Shown here: positions 56,614-63,004 of the stretch, piece by piece
How the letters are laid out: every line of letters begins with the position of its first letter
How positions within the stretch are numbered: the first letter of the stretch is position 1
Source: a virus
Lineage: Duplodnaviria > Caudoviricetes
IMG/VR virus record: IMGVR_UViG_3300024265_000049
Location: 1-63,004 of that record
Reading direction: 5' to 3' (one strand)
Length of the DNA stretch: 63,004 nucleotides
Notes under the pieces: generated by a model
What the model was told of the DNA's origin: nothing
The model's database searches: none
What the model saw: only the letters and a program-made list of their open reading frames with translations
Position numbers and translations under genes: made by a program

Positions 56614-56910
56614 ATGGCCAAATTTGAAGAAATAGCCCGGGCTCTCTCCACCTCGCCATTGTGGATCCTGTGTCGCCCTGAAGCGTACGGCGTGACCTGG
56701 CAATGGTCCACCGAACGCGACACTCCCGAATGGGCGAAGAAATCCCAGTGGAAACAGCGGACCTACACGTGCAGGATTTTCATAATTCTCATCGGCCGCA
56801 AGGCCATCATTCGCCTAGACAGTTGCCCGTGGATCGCCACTCGAAACATGAACAGCACCAACAAACACGCACTTGAGGTCATTGCCGACCCGGAAGGAGC
56901 GTTCAGGTAA
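56614..56910 (+). CDS. hypothetical protein
   Basis: ORF in a small plus-strand operon. Confidence 0.45.
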   Translation: MAKFEEIARALSTSPLWILCRPEAYGVTWQWSTERDTPEWAKKSQWKQRTYTCRIFIILIGRKAIIRLDSCPWIATRNMNSTNKHALEVIADPEGAFR

Positions 56911-57347
56911 TGGAAATATCCTGGCCGTGGCTCTCGCTTATGACCTGGAAATGGGGCGGGATTTGGTTTCGGGTTCCACGCAACGGCCCTGGCTTATGGT
57001 TCACTACCTACAAGGCGTTGCCTGAAACCTTCAGCGAACGCAACGGCTGCGATCGAGTGTTCCGGCTTGGTAATTGGGCAAGATGGAAACTCCTGGCCCC
57101 TTATCGGCCACCATCACGGACACCTCAGAAGCTGCTCACTGACGGCAACGTACAGCACGAAGGCGTCCGTTACCGGATCTTTAAAGGCTCAATGGAATGG
57201 AACCCGACCCGTCACGGTTCTCCCCGTTGCGGATACGACTGGTGGCCACTGGGGTGGCAGCAAGTCGTATGGTCGGAGCGGCACCGGGAGATGGTCCTGC
57301 CGTTCTTTCACGCTAGGACTACTGAGGCACCAGTGCACCCCTACTGA
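56910..57347 (+). CDS. Trp-rich hypothetical protein
   Basis: TAATG coupling. Confidence 0.45.
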   Translation: MEISWPWLSLMTWKWGGIWFRVPRNGPGLWFTTYKALPETFSERNGCDRVFRLGNWARWKLLAPYRPPSRTPQKLLTDGNVQHEGVRYRIFKGSMEWNPTRHGSPRCGYDWWPLGWQQVVWSERHREMVLPFFHARTTEAPVHPY

Positions 57348-58273
57348 GGCACCAGAGTAGCCAACACGGTGCCGTGAGCAATGGTATTGTTCGTCGTAGT
57401 GACAGCTCGGGCAATTAAGCCTTCGCCAGACGCCCCAGCAACTATGATATTGAGCGACGGCCTATCCCAACTCCACTCTTTCCCATTGGCTACCTCGTGA
57501 TTCGGAGTCATGTCCGAAAGGGACGATGCACCAGGGGCAGCTGGCAATGGTTCGCCAGCAGGAACATAAGTCCACCCCAAGGCACTATGCTTCAGAATTT
57601 GCAGGTCGAATCCTGAGTCGTTGGCGCCCCCGAACGCCTGAGCCGCCAGGCTAGTCAAGGTGAAATCAGTAGCCCCTCGGTCGTACCACGTTGCTAACCC
57701 GAAATTCATCAGCAAGTCTGGCCCCGAAAGTTGGGAGATCGTAAGTTCGCCGTTCCACCGTTTCAAAGTTGAATAGTAGGTACCAGCTGCCGCGGCATCG
57801 CTGACTATCAGGTCCTCGGTATCTGCCGGAGTGCTGACTGCTCCAAGTATTGATGTACCCGTGACTCGAACAGTCGTATCGCCACCGCCAGCCCCTGCCG
57901 CTTGTACCAGAAAGAAACGCGAGCCGTGAGCGACGTTTGCACTCCCAAAATTGACACTCGGGTTAAAGTCATTGTCGGACAATCCGAACTCGTATGATCC
58001 GATAATGAAGGTCGTTCCACTGCTACCAGTTACAATTCCTACAGCCAGGCTGTCGTGAGTAACCGAGCCGCCGTGTAGGCTCCAGGTATCGGTGGCTGTG
58101 CAGATGGCCGCCGGGTCAGGCGCACCCAAGAGTACGTAAACTTCGCCAACGGTGCATTCCGCAGGAAGCACAGTGCCCCTGCGGTGAGATTTGCCGGCCG
58201 CGTAAATCAGGCCACTGCAAACTGCAAGAACGGCAATGAGTCCGCCAACTATTGATTTTCTGCGTTTAGTCAT
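57341..58273 (-). CDS. tail fibre/receptor-binding-like protein with N-terminal hydrophobic leader
   Basis: Last gene of the tail operon; LPAECTVGEVY.......IC..TDTW module; G/S/T-rich. Confidence 0.5.
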   Translation of the reverse strand: MTKRRKSIVGGLIAVLAVCSGLIYAAGKSHRRGTVLPAECTVGEVYVLLGAPDPAAICTATDTWSLHGGSVTHDSLAVGIVTGSSGTTFIIGSYEFGLSDNDFNPSVNFGSANVAHGSRFFLVQAAGAGGGDTTVRVTGTSILGAVSTPADTEDLIVSDAAAAGTYYSTLKRWNGELTISQLSGPDLLMNFGLATWYDRGATDFTLTSLAAQAFGGANDSGFDLQILKHSALGWTYVPAGEPLPAAPGASSLSDMTPNHEVANGKEWSWDRPSLNIIVAGASGEGLIARAVTTTNNTIAHGTVLATLVPQ

Positions 58274-58310
58274 AATTGAGTCACCTATCTGCAATCGTGT
58301 GGATATCGAA

Positions 58311-59858
58311 TCAGGCTATGTCCGTGCCGACTGAAACATCTAGCCAGTCGGGCGCCGTACCGGGAGACAAAGTCGAGGACACGGTAAATACCAGGCCCGA
58401 CAAGGGAGGGATTTCCAGTATCTCAGGAAACCCTACGGCCAGCCTTGAAGTCGCGTCCCAATCATACCCGGGAAGGACCCCTGACGGAAAAATACTGGTC
58501 AAGGTCCCGTCCCCTTCCTCTATTTCCACCTCTATTTCAACCCTTCCCGAGGTTGGTGTAGGAGTAAATCCAGACGGCAAAACGGGAACAAATAGCGCCA
58601 TCTTGTCCGGTCTAATAAACGCCGTTCGGGTCGATAGGTTGGGGACGCCCGCAGTATCGCCATCGCTTGCCGCAATGAAAACATGAATCAGCGGCTTACC
58701 AGCCTCCCATGGCCTATGATCCGTCCGGTCAGTCTCTACGCTTCCAGCTATGACAATCTCGGCTATTCTAAGAGATCCCACTTGGGGAGTCGAACCATCT
58801 GCCGTGTCGTCCACTGACCCGTCAGGCAGCACCCAAACCGTGTGAGTTCCGTCACCTGGAAAGGAACCACTGTTCTCGGTCTTGTTAGTATTGAGCCTTG
58901 CGTGAGCAATTGCCGCGACCCCTACCGGAGCAACGGTGTAGTCCAGTCCCGAAGTCACGACATCGAAGAACTTCGGAGTCGCATCCACAAGCTCGGTATG
59001 CTGCGGCGCAAGAGCATCAGCGTCAGCAAAGCGAATGCCCCAGCCCGTGGCGATCGAGCCTTCAGGTGCTACGTCGAAGTCGACAGGAAACACCGGAGTG
59101 CCGGTTACCTTGTCGGATTTTGAAACCAGCCGGCCGGTTGCAGTGAGAACTGTCCGGAATCCGTAGGCTTCGCCAGCTATCAGCGCCGAGGCTGACTTGT
59201 CCAGATTGTCCAGTATTTCGTCGCCGAACGATGCCCCACCGAGCTCCTGGAAAGGCTTGCCGGCCGTATACCAACTGTAGAGCGGCCAGCGAAGCGTAGA
59301 GCCTGCGCCAGTACCCGAAACTGAGATTGCCGCGTCACGGGACAGCACGGCCGTTCCTACGCCTTGCACTACGCCGCGAAGGATCCCCGGGGTATGTGCC
59401 CAGATGCCACCTGGAAGGGCTTGGGTGCGCTGGAAATCCCAGCCTATTTTCAAATCTACCCCGACCTCTTGCGCACCAGCGGGCAAATTCACCCTGACGT
59501 TCATCAGATGCTTGGAATCTGTCGGCAAATCTGGAAGAGATATAGGTACCCCTGTACCTACCGAATTCCATCCCGCAAGCTCGGGGATATCAGGAAACTG
59601 GACCTGAAGCGCAAGAGAATCGAGAATCCCTATTCCTTCTGTCAGCCACTGGCCGCCAGTTGCAGATAGGCGAGCCTGGACAGTTCCTACAATGTTGAAC
59701 GCCGTATCTACAGCCGTGGGTCCAGTTTTCTCAAATCCATTATGCAAGCTCCGTACCGATGCGGCCGTAGGAGTTCCGGGAACAACAGTGCCCAGGTCAA
59801 GGAAAGCCGTCACCAGAGTGTCGGTTTCGTCTCGAATCTCAAGAAGTGGATCTGGCAA
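58311..59858 (-). CDS. minor tail protein
   Basis: Acidic, beta-rich; AGGAG RBS before TTG. Confidence 0.55.
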   Translation of the reverse strand: MPDPLLEIRDETDTLVTAFLDLGTVVPGTPTAASVRSLHNGFEKTGPTAVDTAFNIVGTVQARLSATGGQWLTEGIGILDSLALQVQFPDIPELAGWNSVGTGVPISLPDLPTDSKHLMNVRVNLPAGAQEVGVDLKIGWDFQRTQALPGGIWAHTPGILRGVVQGVGTAVLSRDAAISVSGTGAGSTLRWPLYSWYTAGKPFQELGGASFGDEILDNLDKSASALIAGEAYGFRTVLTATGRLVSKSDKVTGTPVFPVDFDVAPEGSIATGWGIRFADADALAPQHTELVDATPKFFDVVTSGLDYTVAPVGVAAIAHARLNTNKTENSGSFPGDGTHTVWVLPDGSVDDTADGSTPQVGSLRIAEIVIAGSVETDRTDHRPWEAGKPLIHVFIAASDGDTAGVPNLSTRTAFIRPDKMALFVPVLPSGFTPTPTSGRVEIEVEIEEGDGTLTSIFPSGVLPGYDWDATSRLAVGFPEILEIPPLSGLVFTVSSTLSPGTAPDWLDVSVGTDIA

Positions 59859-59876
59859 TTTGACTCTCCTGTGCTT

Positions 59877-61220
59877 TCAAGCAGCCCGCAAGTCTGCCAC
59901 GACCATGTCCGCATCGAAGGCTACGTCCTCTACCTCTGTGAATGACGCATCGGCCCACGACGTCGCCGTCAGCGGAATTTCGACAAAACCAGAGGTGCCG
60001 TTTTCCGACCCTGACGTCGGCCCCGGCGTGGTCCACACGGGGAACCCGGTGATCGCCGAGCGGCCGAGGTTCCATCCGTAGCCAGCCGCAGAGAGGCCAA
60101 ACCACCTCTGGAAATACACCTCTCCCTCGGAAAGTCCAAAGTCGGTCCACCCACTGGCGGCCAAGTCCACTGCCCCTGTCGTCGTAAAGATCTTGATATC
60201 TCGCACCGGGGACGTCGACGCACCCCCGACAGTCCAATATTTGCCGTCCGCAAGCCCAATGGAGTAAGGGTGATTTATGTGATTCGGCCGGCCTGGGAAA
60301 TCGGAGATAAAGTTATCGCTGAAGCCACCACTGTAGACAATCCGATGGAATGTCGTGCTGTTTACCGGCATTACTGCATCCAGGGCAAAGAACTCTGCGC
60401 CGAAGTCAATCTGGCCAATAAAGGTCTCGTCGACGGCAATCGTCTGGCTCGAGAGGTCGCCGGGGAACGTAACGACCTGCGTACGCGTCCTGAGCTCGTA
60501 CGAAACCATCATCCAGAGTTTGCTGTCGAAGTAGTCCCAGCCGACCAACCGCTCGCCGCCGGTTCCCGGCACGAAGCCAGGATCGAAAAGGCGAGAAGTC
60601 GACACCCCTGTGTCGATGTTAATCACGTTCATCGTGTAAATGTCGGGAGCGACCGACGTGTCCTCCATCGCAATCATGATGGACCCGTCAGGAAGTCCGG
60701 GGATTCCCGTGACAGCCCGGGCGCGAAGCAGCGCGCGTCGGCCAGTATCGCCACCCCCGGCAGCGCCAGAACTATGGCCCTCAATCACCACTCCGGTATG
60801 CAACGTTTCGATATGCTTACCATCGCCGCTGAACGATGCAACGTCCACCGTCAAAGTGCCGGCAACGCGAGTGATCATCCTAATCGCAATGAGTGGGGCC
60901 TTAGCCGCCGCTGGCGACGCCGCAGGAATCACGCTCTCCTGGCTCTCAGAGCCCGCTCTACGGCCTTGGATACTTGCCTCTATGGCCAGGGAGCTCCTGC
61001 CGCCCTGTGGCCTTAGAACGGACACAGAGGACCCGGGAGTAGACGAGGACCCGGGAGTCGAGGTAGACACCAGCAATGGGTTGCCGCAGGTCTCGGAGAG
61101 AACAACCTCCCGCTTGTTTCCCACGGGGCGAAGGACCCGGCCCCGGGCTACGCGCTCGTTCAGGGCCATCTGCCGCTGAATGCCCGTTCTCAGGATAGTT
61201 GATGGCCTCATGCGATTCAT
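59877..61220 (-). CDS. minor tail protein
   Basis: Tail operon context; beta-rich. Confidence 0.5.
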   Translation of the reverse strand: MNRMRPSTILRTGIQRQMALNERVARGRVLRPVGNKREVVLSETCGNPLLVSTSTPGSSSTPGSSVSVLRPQGGRSSLAIEASIQGRRAGSESQESVIPAASPAAAKAPLIAIRMITRVAGTLTVDVASFSGDGKHIETLHTGVVIEGHSSGAAGGGDTGRRALLRARAVTGIPGLPDGSIMIAMEDTSVAPDIYTMNVINIDTGVSTSRLFDPGFVPGTGGERLVGWDYFDSKLWMMVSYELRTRTQVVTFPGDLSSQTIAVDETFIGQIDFGAEFFALDAVMPVNSTTFHRIVYSGGFSDNFISDFPGRPNHINHPYSIGLADGKYWTVGGASTSPVRDIKIFTTTGAVDLAASGWTDFGLSEGEVYFQRWFGLSAAGYGWNLGRSAITGFPVWTTPGPTSGSENGTSGFVEIPLTATSWADASFTEVEDVAFDADMVVADLRAA

Positions 61221-61256
61221 GGGGAAGAGTATAGCACGGGCCGGAAATTTCCTTAT

Positions 61257-63004
61257 TCAAATCGCCGTCCCTAACTTGATCAGCAATCGCGTAGCCCGTT
61301 GCAACGTCCCAGAATCGTCCCTCTCGTCTACGTGCTCAAGTTCCTCGATCCAGGCGTTTGACGGGAACGGATAGGCATCCGGGTCAATGCCCAGCTCTAC
61401 CGACTCGAGTCTGACTGGATCCAGCACCGCCAGCAGGGCATTCAGCGGCACCGTCAAGGGTACATCAGCAGCTACCAACCGTCGCAACTCAATCTGCGCA
61501 AGCCGATCAGCCTGAGCGGCCGTCTCGACTCCGAAGTCGAAACGAATCGAATCGGTCCATGGTGGCACTACCAGCCCGTCAGGCAAGCACGCAATTCCGC
61601 GAATCTCGATCACGTTTTTCTCAAACTCAGACTCTTCGTTGCAGACTTGAGCAATCGGGAGATGGCTGGTTAATCCTGTTTTAGTAACGGTTGGAAATGG
61701 CTTACCCTCTCCGTTGACTGAGGACATGATTTCCGTATGAGTACCGCCACCCTCGGCGATAAACGGTCTCCGCACCGTCAGAATCGCACGGCCAAACAAG
61801 GACTCCGTCGACGATTCGGTACCATCCCTGTATTGATAATCGTCTCCGTCTGGACGCTCAAAACCGAGATCAGTTTCGACGCGCAAAGTCTCGAAACCTC
61901 CCGACCGGTCATCGGATGTCGGTGTTTCGATATCCAGCAAGCTGATCAGCGTAGTCTGAAAACTCAACCATTCAAGTCTGACAAATTCAACCCCCCAACG
62001 GGCCATGCCGCCAGGCGGGGAAAACACAACCTCAGGGCCGACAATTACACCATCCGGCTCGCCTGGTCCTATCCATAGCTGGTCATCGCCCAGGATCGGC
62101 AGTCCTCCTCCCCTGGTCAACGTGTTGGAGATCACAAAGGCCGCTGTCCAGTCAGGGGGGGAAGTCAAGTCCTGCCGCCATGCTGCCTCGAGCATTCCCC
62201 AACCGCCTTGGCCCTTTTGAATCTTTGCCAGTCGCCCAGTCTTGCCGATTGGCATGGTCAAGTCTTGCCCAGGGTCGGGAGGCCCAAGAGGTGCAAATTC
62301 CGAATCCCTGAAATGCTCCTCTCGGGCATATTCGACGACTACAAAGCGAGGGCTTAGCCATTGGAAAACAGGAGCAGTGTCGTCTTTAGATGGAATCGAT
62401 TCAGTGAAGAAGTAGCCAAACGCTCGGTAACCGCTGAAGGGTAGTCCGTCGAGCGACCCTACGGCCGTCCGATATCTCCACGCTTCGGGATTGTGGAATT
62501 GCCAAACGAATCTCTCTGTAACCTGAGGGCAGCCTAAATAGAACGACTCACGGACAATGATCCGCTCGATCACCTGCTCCACTTCCTGTGGAGCAGGTGC
62601 GGTTACTACATTGATGTCCCCTCCGCCGTCCTGGAACCAGCCGGCGACTGGCACAGTAAAGAAGTCCACCGTTTCGGATTCGACCCTTTCTCGCACTGTC
62701 CAGGCGTCGGACAAGTCGGGAATAATCGGCCGATCTCCTTCGATCGCCAGGCACTGTGGTGTGGTTTCCCAGTCTGTAGCAACCTCGACCCCCGCAACGT
62801 CTACCCTGTCGACCCTAATAGTGACTACGGGCTCCAGGTGTACCGGGGCAGCGTGCCGAGCTGTGATTTCCCCTGAACGCGTCTCTAGGAGCCTGTAGCC
62901 GTAGCTCTCGAGTATCTTGCCGGCCATATCGGGAGCTGACTCACAGTCGACCTCGAGGCGCTTGACCAGCGGCTCGCCGACGGAAGCGTCTATTGCGATC
63001 AGAT
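61257..63004 (-). CDS. C-terminal part of tail tip/baseplate hub protein (joined to 15..795)
   Basis: C-terminal ET..QA.RLA..EL......TVPLN..L...D.V.L pattern of hub proteins; frame continuous across the repeat. Confidence 0.7.
   Translation of the reverse strand, partial: LIAIDASVGEPLVKRLEVDCESAPDMAGKILESYGYRLLETRSGEITARHAAPVHLEPVVTIRVDRVDVAGVEVATDWETTPQCLAIEGDRPIIPDLSDAWTVRERVESETVDFFTVPVAGWFQDGGGDINVVTAPAPQEVEQVIERIIVRESFYLGCPQVTERFVWQFHNPEAWRYRTAVGSLDGLPFSGYRAFGYFFTESIPSKDDTAPVFQWLSPRFVVVEYAREEHFRDSEFAPLGPPDPGQDLTMPIGKTGRLAKIQKGQGGWGMLEAAWRQDLTSPPDWTAAFVISNTLTRGGGLPILGDDQLWIGPGEPDGVIVGPEVVFSPPGGMARWGVEFVRLEWLSFQTTLISLLDIETPTSDDRSGGFETLRVETDLGFERPDGDDYQYRDGTESSTESLFGRAILTVRRPFIAEGGGTHTEIMSSVNGEGKPFPTVTKTGLTSHLPIAQVCNEESEFEKNVIEIRGIACLPDGLVVPPWTDSIRFDFGVETAAQADRLAQIELRRLVAADVPLTVPLNALLAVLDPVRLESVELGIDPDAYPFPSNAWIEELEHVDERDDSGTLQRATRLLIKLGTAI
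62879..63004. repeat. 126-bp terminal direct repeat, copy 2
   Basis: Identical to 15..140. Confidence 0.97.

Overview
The window is an essentially complete, circularly permuted ~62.9 kb tailed dsDNA phage genome: 15..140 repeats exactly at 62879..63004. It is siphovirus-like, with an HK97-type capsid and no visible integrase. Most genes are on the minus strand: early/accessory genes (45-56 kb), replication (SSB, primase-helicase, VRR-NUC-like nuclease), terminases, a lysis/envelope block (two PG hydrolases, class-3 lipase, OM beta-barrel, lipoproteins), portal, protease, capsid, tail, tape measure, and tail-tip genes that cross the contig junction. The most striking feature is a ~1.2 kb ORF-poor, densely base-paired ncRNA (51.3-52.5 kb, minus strand, own sigma70-type promoter; GOLLD-like candidate). 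It contains a split copy of the 23S rRNA GTPase-associated centre (H43/H44) and lies directly upstream of a gene with an L7/L12-CTD-like N-terminus. Other translation-related oddities are a chimeric initiator-like tRNA-CAT, a tRNA-like gene with a collapsed anticodon loop, and two structural genes that appear to start at ATT/ATC. The genome also carries a type IV pilin-like gene, antisense moron cassettes with a shared leader, and several direct repeats spaced 0.5-0.66 kb apart that suggest cassette acquisition. All protein calls come from motif recognition and gene order, not database searches.
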